Origin: Eubacteriales bacterium
GTDB taxonomy: Bacteria; Bacillota; Clostridia; Oscillospirales; CAG-272
Direction of reading: 5' to 3'
NCBI GenBank assembly: GCA_045644125.1
Contig: JAZRGJ010000185.1
Location: 1-47,448, forward strand
Length of the DNA stretch: 47,448 nt
Shown piece by piece: positions 18,945 to 27,775 of the stretch (within the stretch, counting starts at the first letter, position 1; each line of letters begins with the position of its first letter). The translations under genes were made by a program, and so were the position numbers. The notes under the pieces are model-generated. The model was not told the origin of the DNA. It did not search any database and was given only the letters and a program-made list of their open reading frames with translations.

Positions 18945-21332
18945 TCAAAATTTTGCTTTGTATTCTTCTCTTCTGCGCCGCTTTCTATCTAATCTTCCCT
19001 TTATGAATTTTTCAATTTTTCCACGGAAGATCTGCATCAGCATTGCAATGAAAATGCTTGGCGTAAGAATGATGATGAATATTAAAAGATTTTCTTTGAG
19101 CGGCGCAAGGTGGAACATATCGTCGAGAACGACTATGCTGAAAACGGTTATTGACGATATAAGAACGGCGGATATTGAAACCACGGCCGCGCGCCATTTC
19201 GTGTAAGGCGTGCAAAGGCAGAGAAGGTTGATAAATCCTATTATCGTAACGAGCGCCATTGCCATTGCGTTTCTTGATCCGATATTTACTCCCGACATGA
19301 ATTTTCCGAGAAGAAGAAGCACGAAAACGGGAGTTGTGAGAGCGATGGCGTTAGGAATACTTCTGACCAGAGCGGCATCTAAGAACGAGCCCTCTATTCT
19401 GTTGTTGTTCGGTTCAAGCGCAAGAAGCACCGAGGGAACGCCTATAATGCAGAATTCAAGAAGCAAAAACTGCTTCGGCATGAGCGGGAAGCTTGATACC
19501 GTGAACGGTATGAGAAGCGATATGAAAATCGTGAAAAGGGTTTTCATAAGATAAAGAACCGCTGACTGACGCACGTTGTTGATGCAGCGTCTGCCCTCTC
19601 TTACTACGTCGGGCAAAGTTCCGAAATCCGAGTTAAGAAGAACTATCTGCGAAACCTTTCTCGCAACCTCGCTTCCGTCTGCCATTGCGATGGCGCAGTT
19701 GCTTTCTTTGAGCGCCAAGGTGTCGTTAACGCCGTCGCCCGTCATTGCAACGATGTGGCCGTTGGTTTTCAAGGTCTTTATAAGAAGAACTTTTTGCTCG
19801 GGGGTAACTCTTCCGAATATCGTGTATTCTTCAGCCGCAAGTATAAGCTCCTCGTCGGATATGGATTCGCAAGAAAGGAATTTGTCGGAATTCTTGATGC
19901 CGACTCTTCCGGCAATGGTCGAAACCGTTTCTGCGTTATCTCCGGAAATTACTTTGAGAGTTACGCCTTGGCTTTGGAAGTTTGCGATAGTGTCGCGCGC
20001 TCCCGGACGGATAGTGTCGCTTATGGCTATAAGCGCCAGCGGCGAGCCTACGTCGCCAAGCTCAAGGTGCCGAGCTACGAGAAGAACTCTTTCGCCCTCT
20101 TTTGCGTGGCTTGAAATGTAATCCTCCATGTCTTCACGGACGGGGCAAGGAACGAAATGAGGCGCGCCGACCGAGTATATGCCGAGGTCCTGTATCGAAA
20201 CTGCGGAATATTTTCTTTTCGATGAGAAAGGGATTTTTTCAAGCACCGTGTGCGAAACGTCTTTTCCGAAGCGGTCTATAAGAGCCATCGAAGTGTTGTT
20301 TAAGCTTCCCTCCGAGCCCTCGATTGCCGCCATCAGAGCGCAAAAATCCTCTTCGCTCGTTCCGTCGAGAATTTTGATGTCAACGACGGTCATGGTGCCG
20401 TCGGTGATAGTGCCCGTTTTGTCAAGGCAAACGACGTCGGCGCTTGCAAGCATTTCTATCGAATACATATCTTGAACGAGCGTGCGCTTTCTTGAAAGAT
20501 TGATAACGCTGAGCGTCAAGGTAAGAGTTACGAGCAGATAAATTCCCGAGGGAATCATTCCAATTATGGAAGCGCAGGTCGCAACTATGGTCTCCGATAT
20601 GTCGCGCGTGTCGATGAAATTAAAAACCGAGAGCACGAGTGACATCGGGATAAGGAAAATTCCGATGATTTTTATAAGCTTGTTAAGCTCGTTGAAAAGG
20701 TTTGACGAGGGAGCGGTGAAGCTCTTTGCCGCCTTTTCTATTTTGTGTATGTAATTATCACGTCCCACGTGCGTTACTTTAACGTAAATGCTTCCGCTGA
20801 CGAGATAACTTCCGGCAAGGACTTTATCTCCCGGCTCTTTTTTTATTGCGTCGGATTCGCCCGTAAGCATACTTTCGTTAGCTTCCGCAAGGCCGGATAT
20901 AACGACGGCGTCGGCGGGAATTTGTCTGCCCGATTCTATAAGAACGACGTCGCCGAGCACTATCTCGGTTGCGTTTATCGTCGTAAGCTCGCCGTCACGG
21001 ATAACGGTTGCTTTAGGCTCTGTTGACATCGAGAGCTTTTCAACCGTCTTTTTAGCTCGCATTTCTTGCGCCGTCGAGATAATTACGTTTGGTAAAACGA
21101 CGGCTAGGAAAGTGAGGTTTGAATAGCTTTTTGTGAAAATTATAAGAGCGGTAACTATAGCCCAAACGAGATTGAAGTACGTGAAAAGATTGTCGGTAAG
21201 AATTTTTCCGTAGCTCTTTCCGACTTTTTCATTAGCGTTATTCACTTTTCCTTCTGCCGTAAGCCTTGCCGCCTCGTCTTTTGTAAGACCTTCGGGGATG
21301 CCTTCGACCTCAACAACGTTGGTTATTTCCAT
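18945..21332 (-). CDS. P-type ATPase (HAD-IC, CtpE-like), substrate unknown
   Basis: ESMLTGES, phosphorylation site DKTGT, VISGD, MTGDGVND; ~10 TM segments. Start is 21332 (ATG) or 21380. Confidence 0.92.
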   Translation of the reverse strand: MEITNVVEVEGIPEGLTKDEAARLTAEGKVNNANEKVGKSYGKILTDNLFTYFNLVWAIVTALIIFTKSYSNLTFLAVVLPNVIISTAQEMRAKKTVEKLSMSTEPKATVIRDGELTTINATEIVLGDVVLIESGRQIPADAVVISGLAEANESMLTGESDAIKKEPGDKVLAGSYLVSGSIYVKVTHVGRDNYIHKIEKAAKSFTAPSSNLFNELNKLIKIIGIFLIPMSLVLSVFNFIDTRDISETIVATCASIIGMIPSGIYLLVTLTLTLSVINLSRKRTLVQDMYSIEMLASADVVCLDKTGTITDGTMTVVDIKILDGTSEEDFCALMAAIEGSEGSLNNTSMALIDRFGKDVSHTVLEKIPFSSKRKYSAVSIQDLGIYSVGAPHFVPCPVREDMEDYISSHAKEGERVLLVARHLELGDVGSPLALIAISDTIRPGARDTIANFQSQGVTLKVISGDNAETVSTIAGRVGIKNSDKFLSCESISDEELILAAEEYTIFGRVTPEQKVLLIKTLKTNGHIVAMTGDGVNDTLALKESNCAIAMADGSEVARKVSQIVLLNSDFGTLPDVVREGRRCINNVRQSAVLYLMKTLFTIFISLLIPFTVSSFPLMPKQFLLLEFCIIGVPSVLLALEPNNNRIEGSFLDAALVRSIPNAIALTTPVFVLLLLGKFMSGVNIGSRNAMAMALVTIIGFINLLCLCTPYTKWRAAVVSISAVLISSITVFSIVVLDDMFHLAPLKENLLIFIIILTPSIFIAMLMQIFRGKIEKFIKGRLDRKRRRREEYKAKF

Positions 21333-21432
21333 TGCTTTAAGCTGTACCGCCTCTGTGTTATGTAATAAATATTTTAACACACATATAAAGTTAAGTCAAT
21401 GAGATAAGTGAAAAAATTTTAAATAAAAGCTC

Positions 21433-21461
21433 TTGACAAGCGTGAGAATTTGTAATATACT
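21433..21461 (+). promoter_or_regulatory. Sigma-A promoter of the ileS leader
   Basis: TTGACA-17 nt-TATACT. Confidence 0.8.
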
Positions 21462-21483
21462 TTAGGAGTAATATTTCAATATC

Positions 21484-21697
21484 AAAGACTAAGACGAAGA
21501 GAGTAACTGTCACGGTCGTATTCAGCGAGTCGGGTATGGTGAGAGCCGATATACAGACGGATTAGTGAAAATCACTTCCGAGTCCCTTTTTTGAAAAATG
21601 AGTAGAAAAAGGCGCGGGCTTCGCGTTACAGAAGCGAATATTGTCAGATATTTAATAGGTGGTATATCCCGTTTCATATTGTGAAGCGGGTTTTTTT
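21484..21697 (+). ncRNA. Ile T-box riboswitch leader
   Basis: Stem I features (AGTA, AGCGAG, GGTGAGAGCC), specifier ATC (Ile) at 21571-21573 after GAAA, stem II AGTA, GGTGGT T-box core at ~21658-21663, terminator CCCGTTTCA-TATTG-TGAAGCGGG-T7. Confidence 0.88.
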
Positions 21698-21729
21698 ATT
21701 GATAAAATATTCCCGAAAGGAAAGGCTAT

Positions 21730-24700
21730 ATGAAAGAAATTTATTCAAAGGTGTCGACGAATCTCAATTTCGTCGAGAGGGAGAAAGCGACCAGACGCTT
21801 CTGGGAAGAAAACTCCATTTTTGAAAAGAGTATTTCCGAAAGAGAGGGCGGCGAGAATTACACGTTCTATGACGGTCCTCCCACGGCAAACGGAAAACCT
21901 CATATCGGTCACGTTCTTACAAGAGTAATAAAGGATATGATACCGAGATACAGAACTATGAAAGGTTGTCGCGTGCTTCGTAAAGCCGGCTGGGATACCC
22001 ACGGTCTTCCCGTTGAGCTTGAAGTTGAAAAGAAGCTTGGTATCGACGGAAAAGAGCAGATTGAAAATTACGGACTTGAGCCTTTTATAGCTCACTGTAA
22101 AGAGTCTGTATGGAACTATAAAGGAATGTGGGAGGACTTTTCCGGCACCGTCGGCTTCTGGGCAGACATGGAAAACCCCTACGTTACTTACACGAACGAC
22201 TTTATTGAGTCGGAGTGGTGGGCGCTCCGTCAAATCTGGGATAAGGGGCTTCTCTACAAGGGATATAAAATAGTTCCCTATTGCCCGAGATGCGGCACTC
22301 CCCTCTCATCTCACGAGGTTGCGCAGGGATATAAAACCGTAAAAGAGCGCAGTGCTGTCGCAAGATTTAAATGCGTTGGAGAGGATGCTTACTTCCTCGC
22401 TTGGACGACTACTCCCTGGACTCTTCCCTCGAATACTGCGCTTTGCGTAAACCCCAAGGATACTTACTGTAAGGTTAAAGCAATAGACGGCTATACCTAC
22501 TATATGGCTAAAGAGCTTCTTGATTCCGTTCTTTCTCCCCTTGCGAAAGACGGCGAAAAGGCTTATGAGATAATCGAAGAAATGCCCGGCGAAAAGCTTG
22601 AATACAGAGAGTACGAGCCTCTTTTCGCTTGCACGGGCGCTGAAGCTGAAAGACAGAAGAAAAAAGCGCACTACGTAGTTTGCGACTCGTACGTAACTAT
22701 GTCCGACGGTACGGGTATAGTTCATATCGCTCCCGCATTCGGTGAAGATGACAGCCGTGTCGGAAGAAACTACGATTTGCCTTTCGTTCAGTTCGTTGAC
22801 GGAAAGGGCGAGCTTACCGAGGAAACTCCTTACGCCAGCGTTTTCGTTAAGAAAGCAGACCCGATGGTGCTCGCAGATCTTGAAAAAGAGGGCAAGCTCT
22901 TCTCCGCTCCGAAGTTCGAGCACGAGTATCCTCATTGCTGGAGATGTAACACGCCTCTTATCTACTACGCAAGAGATACTTGGTTTATAAAAATGACAGC
23001 GGTAAGGGATAATCTTATCCGCAATAACAATACGGTTAACTGGATTCCCGAAAGCATCGGTAAAGGAAGATTTGGCGACTGGCTTTCGAATATTCAGGAC
23101 TGGGGACTTTCCCGTAATCGCTATTGGGGAACTCCTCTCAATATCTGGGAATGTTCATGCGGCCATCGCCATGCAATAGGCTCTATCGAGGAGCTTCGCA
23201 AAATGTCTGATAACTGCCCCGAAAACATTGAGCTTCACCGTCCTTTCATAGATGCGGTAACTCTTAAGTGCCCCGAGTGCTCGGGTGAAATGAAGAGAGT
23301 GCCCGAGGTTATTGACTGTTGGTTTGACTCAGGCTCGATGCCCTTTGCTCAGTGGCATTATCCCTTTGAAAACAAAGAAATGTTTGACAGTCAGTTCCCT
23401 GCGGATTTCATAAGCGAGGGCGTTGACCAGACTCGCGGATGGTTCTATTCGCTTATGGCAATATCGACTCTTATCTTCGACAAAGCTCCCTATAAGAACG
23501 TTCTCGTTCTCGGCCACGTTCTCGATAAGGACGGACAGAAGATGTCCAAGTCCAAGGGCAATGCGGTCGATCCCTTTGAGGCGCTTGAAAACTACGGAGC
23601 GGACGCTATCCGTTGGTACTTCTATTCGAACTCTGCTCCCTGGCTTCCCAACCGTTTCTCCGGCGAAGCCGTCGTTGAAGGACAGAGAAAGTTCATGGGC
23701 ACTCTTTGGAACACCTACGCATTCTACGTTCTTTACGCAAATATAGACGGCTTTAATCCGACGGAATACAAGCTTGACAAATCCTCGCTTTCCGTTATGG
23801 ATAAGTGGATACTTTCGAAGCTCAATTCCGCTGTGAAATCCGTTGACGAATGTCTTGGAAGCTATAAGATAACCGAAGCGACGAGAATTCTCGAAGGATT
23901 TATCGACGAGCTTTCCAACTGGTACGTTCGCCGCAGCCGTGAAAGATTCTGGGTTAAGGATATGCCTACCGATAAGGTGAACGCATACCTCACTCTTTAC
24001 AATTGTCTCGTAACGATAGCGAAGATCTCATCTCCCATGATTCCTTTCATGGCAGAGGATATATACAGAAATCTCGTATGCTCGGTTGATAAGTCGGCGC
24101 CCGTGTCAATTCATCTTTGCGCTTGGCCCGAGCTTGAAGAGGATATGATAGATAAATCGCTTGAAGAGAACATGGACGAGGTAACCCGTGTCGTAGTTCT
24201 CGGTCGCGCGGCAAGAAATGCGGCTAATATCAAAAACCGCCAGCCTATCGCAAAAATGTACGTAAAGGCTGAAAAGGCGCTTGACGAAAACTTCGTTTCT
24301 ATTATTGCGGAGGAGCTTAACGTTAAGCTCGTTGATTTCACCGATAACGTAAGAGAATTTACAACCTACAGCTTTAAGCCCCAGCTTCGTACAGTTGGTC
24401 CGAAATACGGAAAATTCCTCGGCCAGATAAAAACTTGGCTTCAAGGTCTTGACGGTAACGACGCTATGGACGAGCTTGAAGCAAAGGGTGAGATAGGCTT
24501 CGACGTAGGAGCTGATCACATCTCTCTTACCAAGGAAGATCTTCTTATAGAAATGTCACAGAAGCCCGGCTTTGAATCGCTCAGCGATAGAGGCGTAACG
24601 GTGGTTATGGATAAAAATCTCACCCCCGAGCTTATCGAAGAGGGTAACGTAAGAGAAATTATATCCAAGATTCAGACTATGCGTAAGGACTCCGGCTTCG

Positions 24701-24888
24701 AGGTTATGGACAGAATTAAGCTCGGCTTTACCGGCAACGCTGAAATCCTTGCAATAGCAAACAGAAATTCTGCGGAAATCATGGACGAAACCTTGGCTGA
24801 CAGCCTTGAAGAAGCAGTTCTTGAATTTTCAAAGGAATGGAACATCAACGGCGAAAAGGTAACGATCTCCGTTCAAAAGGTTAAATAA
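21730..24888 (+). CDS. ileS: Isoleucine--tRNA ligase, type 2 (IleRS2)
   Basis: DGPPTANGKPHIGH, GWDTHGLP, WTTTPWTL, GTGIVH, CWRC, SRNRYWGTP, KMSKS; long C-terminal extension without the IleRS1 zinc finger; Ile T-box upstream. Confidence 0.97.
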   Translation: MKEIYSKVSTNLNFVEREKATRRFWEENSIFEKSISEREGGENYTFYDGPPTANGKPHIGHVLTRVIKDMIPRYRTMKGCRVLRKAGWDTHGLPVELEVEKKLGIDGKEQIENYGLEPFIAHCKESVWNYKGMWEDFSGTVGFWADMENPYVTYTNDFIESEWWALRQIWDKGLLYKGYKIVPYCPRCGTPLSSHEVAQGYKTVKERSAVARFKCVGEDAYFLAWTTTPWTLPSNTALCVNPKDTYCKVKAIDGYTYYMAKELLDSVLSPLAKDGEKAYEIIEEMPGEKLEYREYEPLFACTGAEAERQKKKAHYVVCDSYVTMSDGTGIVHIAPAFGEDDSRVGRNYDLPFVQFVDGKGELTEETPYASVFVKKADPMVLADLEKEGKLFSAPKFEHEYPHCWRCNTPLIYYARDTWFIKMTAVRDNLIRNNNTVNWIPESIGKGRFGDWLSNIQDWGLSRNRYWGTPLNIWECSCGHRHAIGSIEELRKMSDNCPENIELHRPFIDAVTLKCPECSGEMKRVPEVIDCWFDSGSMPFAQWHYPFENKEMFDSQFPADFISEGVDQTRGWFYSLMAISTLIFDKAPYKNVLVLGHVLDKDGQKMSKSKGNAVDPFEALENYGADAIRWYFYSNSAPWLPNRFSGEAVVEGQRKFMGTLWNTYAFYVLYANIDGFNPTEYKLDKSSLSVMDKWILSKLNSAVKSVDECLGSYKITEATRILEGFIDELSNWYVRRSRERFWVKDMPTDKVNAYLTLYNCLVTIAKISSPMIPFMAEDIYRNLVCSVDKSAPVSIHLCAWPELEEDMIDKSLEENMDEVTRVVVLGRAARNAANIKNRQPIAKMYVKAEKALDENFVSIIAEELNVKLVDFTDNVREFTTYSFKPQLRTVGPKYGKFLGQIKTWLQGLDGNDAMDELEAKGEIGFDVGADHISLTKEDLLIEMSQKPGFESLSDRGVTVVMDKNLTPELIEEGNVREIISKIQTMRKDSGFEVMDRIKLGFTGNAEILAIANRNSAEIMDETLADSLEEAVLEFSKEWNINGEKVTISVQKVK

Positions 24889-24898
24889 AACAAAAAGA

Positions 24899-24929
24899 GG
24901 CAGAGGCGCTGATTTGCGCCTCTGCTTTT
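24899..24929. terminator. Terminator between ileS and the GH1 gene
   Basis: GCAGAGGCGC-TGATTT-GCGCCTCTGC-TTTT. Confidence 0.85.
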
Positions 24930-24933
24930 GTAA

Positions 24934-26196
24934 TTACTTTATTTTTTCAATCGTTGGAATCTCTTTTAAGTATTTTCTTAAAATTTCCTGTTTGAAACCG
25001 CCGTTTTCGATTATTTCTTTGTAAAAATATGCGCTCGGCTTCGGTGTTCTTTCAAAGGTTTTGAAGTTGCAATCGATAAGACCGAATCTCGGGAGGAACG
25101 ATTCCCATTCGTAGTTATCGATAAGCGACCAGTAGAGGTATCCCCGTACGTCGATTCCGGATCTCATGCTTTCTTCAAGCGCTTTTAAATAAAGAGTAAT
25201 CCAAACTATGCGGAATCTGTCGTCGTCACAGCTGCAACCGTTTTCGGTGATTATTACGGGCTTATCCGTAAGTCTTGAGAGGTTGGCAATAACACATTCG
25301 GGGTTGAATTCCTTGAGATAGAAATTCGAATCTATCATGTCCATTCTGCACGTGTCGTATTTTATTCCGATGCCACGCTCGTTTCTGCAATCTGCCAAAC
25401 GGCGCACGTAGGTGTTTACCGACCAAAAATCCACGGAGTCCTTTACTTCCCTATCGTAAATTGCGTTTCTGTACGGGAATACGATTTCTCCCGTTCTCAC
25501 GGCATGGAAGAAAAACTCGTTATTGCACATATCAAAATGCTCCGCAAGGTGCTTGTCCCATTTATCGTGAGCGCGGTAGGGCTGCGAATATATCAATGCG
25601 TGAGCCGTGCTTACGGGGGCTGATGAATATTTCTTGATTATATGGTATCCTCTTGCGTGGAATATTACGGAGTTGAGCTTGAAATCAATGTTCGGATTAA
25701 GATTGTGCTCGTTTAAAACGTTCCAATAATCAACGTAAGGCGCAATTTTCGGCACGATATATTCTGCGTATCTCTCGAAATATTTTAAGTTTTCCGCATT
25801 GGAAAAACCGCCTAATTTATCAAACCACGTGGGGTATGAGATATGCACTAAAGTTGCAAAAACCTTAACGCCTTTTTCTTTAAGCTTTGCAAAAAGCTTG
25901 ACGTAATGCTCCGCCGCTTCTGCGTTGAATTCGCCCTCGCGCGGCTCTACTCTGCTCCACTCAACGCTCGTTCTGAACGCCTGATGCTTAAAATCCGTGA
26001 CGAGCTCAATGTCTTTTTCGTAAAGCTCGTAGCTATTGCAGGCAAGCCCCGATTTTTCCTTAAAGTCATTGTCCATTTCCATTTGCCATCTCTGGCTATG
26101 TACGTTGTTGCCCTCCACCTGATGACCGGCATAGCCCGAGCCGAAAAAGAAATCCTTGGGGAAGGAAAAATCCTTAAGCGAAAAAATATCAAACAT
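24934..26196 (-). CDS. Glycoside hydrolase family 1
   Basis: FPKDFFFG..GHQVEG, RTSVEWSR, acid/base LNE, nucleophile ITENG, GYLYWSLIDNYEW, RFGL. Confidence 0.93.
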   Translation of the reverse strand: MFDIFSLKDFSFPKDFFFGSGYAGHQVEGNNVHSQRWQMEMDNDFKEKSGLACNSYELYEKDIELVTDFKHQAFRTSVEWSRVEPREGEFNAEAAEHYVKLFAKLKEKGVKVFATLVHISYPTWFDKLGGFSNAENLKYFERYAEYIVPKIAPYVDYWNVLNEHNLNPNIDFKLNSVIFHARGYHIIKKYSSAPVSTAHALIYSQPYRAHDKWDKHLAEHFDMCNNEFFFHAVRTGEIVFPYRNAIYDREVKDSVDFWSVNTYVRRLADCRNERGIGIKYDTCRMDMIDSNFYLKEFNPECVIANLSRLTDKPVIITENGCSCDDDRFRIVWITLYLKALEESMRSGIDVRGYLYWSLIDNYEWESFLPRFGLIDCNFKTFERTPKPSAYFYKEIIENGGFKQEILRKYLKEIPTIEKIK

Positions 26197-26226
26197 ATAA
26201 AAGCGCCCCTTTTTCCGTTTTATTAC

Positions 26227-26255
26227 ATTATAACAGACAAGAAGCGAAAACTCAA
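26227..26255 (-). promoter_or_regulatory. Promoter of the GH1 gene
   Basis: Minus strand TTGAGT-17 nt-TATAAT with TGn extension. Confidence 0.7.
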
Positions 26256-26293
26256 GTCCGAAATTTGAAATTTCAAGTCTTAAATTTGAAATT
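26252..26293. repeat. Tandem 21-bp direct repeat overlapping the GH1 -35 element, probable operator
   Basis: TCAAGTCCGAAATTTGAAATT / TCAAGTCTTAAATTTGAAATT (19/21 identical); the junction forms the palindrome TTGAAATTTCAA at 26265-26276. Confidence 0.7.
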
Positions 26294-26295
26294 CA

Positions 26296-26512
26296 ACCGG
26301 CGGCACGGTAATAAGCGTGAAAATCGGCGGCGACAATAGCGAAAAAGAGTCTGCGCCCTTAGGCAAAAAAGTATAGGAAAGCCGTCAAGAAAGTGAAAAG
26401 AACGCTGATCGGCGCTCGCGGAGAGCTTCGCGCATTTTTGAAGCGGCGCCCCGGTTTTGTACTTGTTGACGTCGCTGAAGAAGGTGGCGACCACGTGAAA
26501 ATCACGCTGTAA
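26296..26512 (+). pseudogene. Probable 5'-truncated, frameshifted gene remnant
   Basis: GC-rich, coding-like tract reading TGGTVISVKIGGDNSEKESAPLGK, then after a frame change at the A6 run KYRKAVKKVKRTLIGARGELRAFLKRRPGFVLVDVAEEGGDHVKITL*; no start/RBS; ends just before a terminator. Confidence 0.4.
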
Positions 26513-26535
26513 ATATGAACCCGTGTTAAAAAAAC

Positions 26536-26565
26536 AAAAAGCTTTGGGAAATCCAAAGCTTTTTT
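26536..26565. terminator. Bidirectional terminator downstream of trpS
   Basis: AAAAAGCTTTGG-GAAAT-CCAAAGCTTTTT. Confidence 0.85.
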
Positions 26566-26587
26566 ATTTTGCTTGATTTTGTAAATT

Positions 26588-27583
26588 TTAGTTTACAAAG
26601 CCTATTTTTCTTCTTACCTTTGACATCGTGCGCTTTGCGTAGTAGGAAGCTTCCTCTGCGCCGGCTTTCATAACGGATTCAAGAAAAGCCTTATCCGCAA
26701 TAAGTCTTGAGAATTCGTCTCTTACGCCCTGAAGTCCGTCGGCGCAAGCCTCGCCAACCGCAAGCTTGAAGTCCCTGTACCCCTTGCCGTCAGATTCTCT
26801 TTCGATTTCCTCAAAGGTCTTACCCGTGAATGCGCGGTAGATAGTCATAAGGTTTGAAACGCCGGGCTTGTCCTCGGAGTATCTGTCCTCTGCCTCGGAG
26901 TCGGTAACCGCTTTTTTGAATTTTCTCATAACGTCGTCTTTCGAGTCGAGAATACAAACTACGGCGTTCTGATTTTCGTCAGACTTCGACATTTTTGTCG
27001 TAGGCTCTGCAAGCGACATTATTTTCATAGTATCTTTTGCGATATATCCCTCGGGAACGGTGAACGTATCGCTGTATATCTGGTTAAAGCGCATAGCAAC
27101 GTCACGCGCAAGCTCAAGGTGCTGCTTCTGGTCTATACCAACGGGAACTACGTCTGTTTGATAAAGAAGAATATCTGCCGCCATAAGCGCGGGATATGTA
27201 AAGAGGCCCGCATTGATATTCTGCGCATTCTTTGCGCTCTTGTCCTTAAACTGCGTCATTCTTGAAAGCTCGCCGAACATAGTGTAGCAATCAAGAATCC
27301 AACCGAGCTCGGCGTGCCCCGGCACGTGTGACTGAACGAAAAGCGTGTTTTTCTTTTCGTCAAGGCCGCAAGCCATATAAAGAGCGAGCGTTTCGTAAGT
27401 TCTGCGTCTGAGTTCGGCGGGTACTTGTCTGACGGTTATTGCGTGTAAGTCGACAACGCAATAGAACGTTTTATATTCTTCCTCAAAATTTTTGAAGTTT
27501 TTTATAGCGCCAAGATAATTTCCTATGGTGAGATTTCCGGATGGCTGAACGCCCGAAAATACTACCTTTTTGTCCTGAAACAT
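26588..27583 (-). CDS. trpS: Tryptophan--tRNA ligase
   Basis: SGVQPSG, TIGNYLGA, VDLHAIT, YPALMAADIL, VPVGIDQKQH, KMSKS; ATG at 27583 after GAAAGGA. Confidence 0.97.
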   Translation of the reverse strand: MFQDKKVVFSGVQPSGNLTIGNYLGAIKNFKNFEEEYKTFYCVVDLHAITVRQVPAELRRRTYETLALYMACGLDEKKNTLFVQSHVPGHAELGWILDCYTMFGELSRMTQFKDKSAKNAQNINAGLFTYPALMAADILLYQTDVVPVGIDQKQHLELARDVAMRFNQIYSDTFTVPEGYIAKDTMKIMSLAEPTTKMSKSDENQNAVVCILDSKDDVMRKFKKAVTDSEAEDRYSEDKPGVSNLMTIYRAFTGKTFEEIERESDGKGYRDFKLAVGEACADGLQGVRDEFSRLIADKAFLESVMKAGAEEASYYAKRTMSKVRRKIGFVN

Positions 27584-27619
27584 AGAAAAAATCCTTTCTA
27601 AACGGTAATTCATAAAGGC

Positions 27620-27648
27620 ATTATACAACTCTTTCTCCGATTTGTCAA
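27620..27648 (-). promoter_or_regulatory. Sigma-A promoter of trpS
   Basis: Minus strand perfect TTGACA-17 nt-TATAAT, ~35 nt from the start codon. Confidence 0.85.
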
Positions 27649-27710
27649 GTAAGTATTTATAGAAGCTTCTAAAATAATATTTTATTTTTAATAGATTTAT
27701 TAATAATTTG

Positions 27711-27739
27711 TTTACATTTATATGCTAAAATATTATACT
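27711..27739 (+). promoter_or_regulatory. Putative promoter of the Gld-like ABC operon
   Basis: TTTACA-17 nt-TATACT; an alternative extended -10 TGcTAAAAT lies at 27723-27731. Confidence 0.55.
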
Positions 27740-27775
27740 GTACGATTATGACTTTTCATCCGAAAGGAATTTATT

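Noticed and set aside
26252-26293. Tandem repeat as a CRISPR remnant
   Set aside because: Only two adjacent 21-bp units, no spacers and no cas genes.
26273-26556. Minus-strand ORFs 26273-26494 and 26359-26556, or an ncRNA in this spacer
   Set aside because: No RBS, they cross the terminator or operator, and I recognised no tRNA, SRP, 6S or riboswitch motif; the plus-strand remnant explains the tract better.
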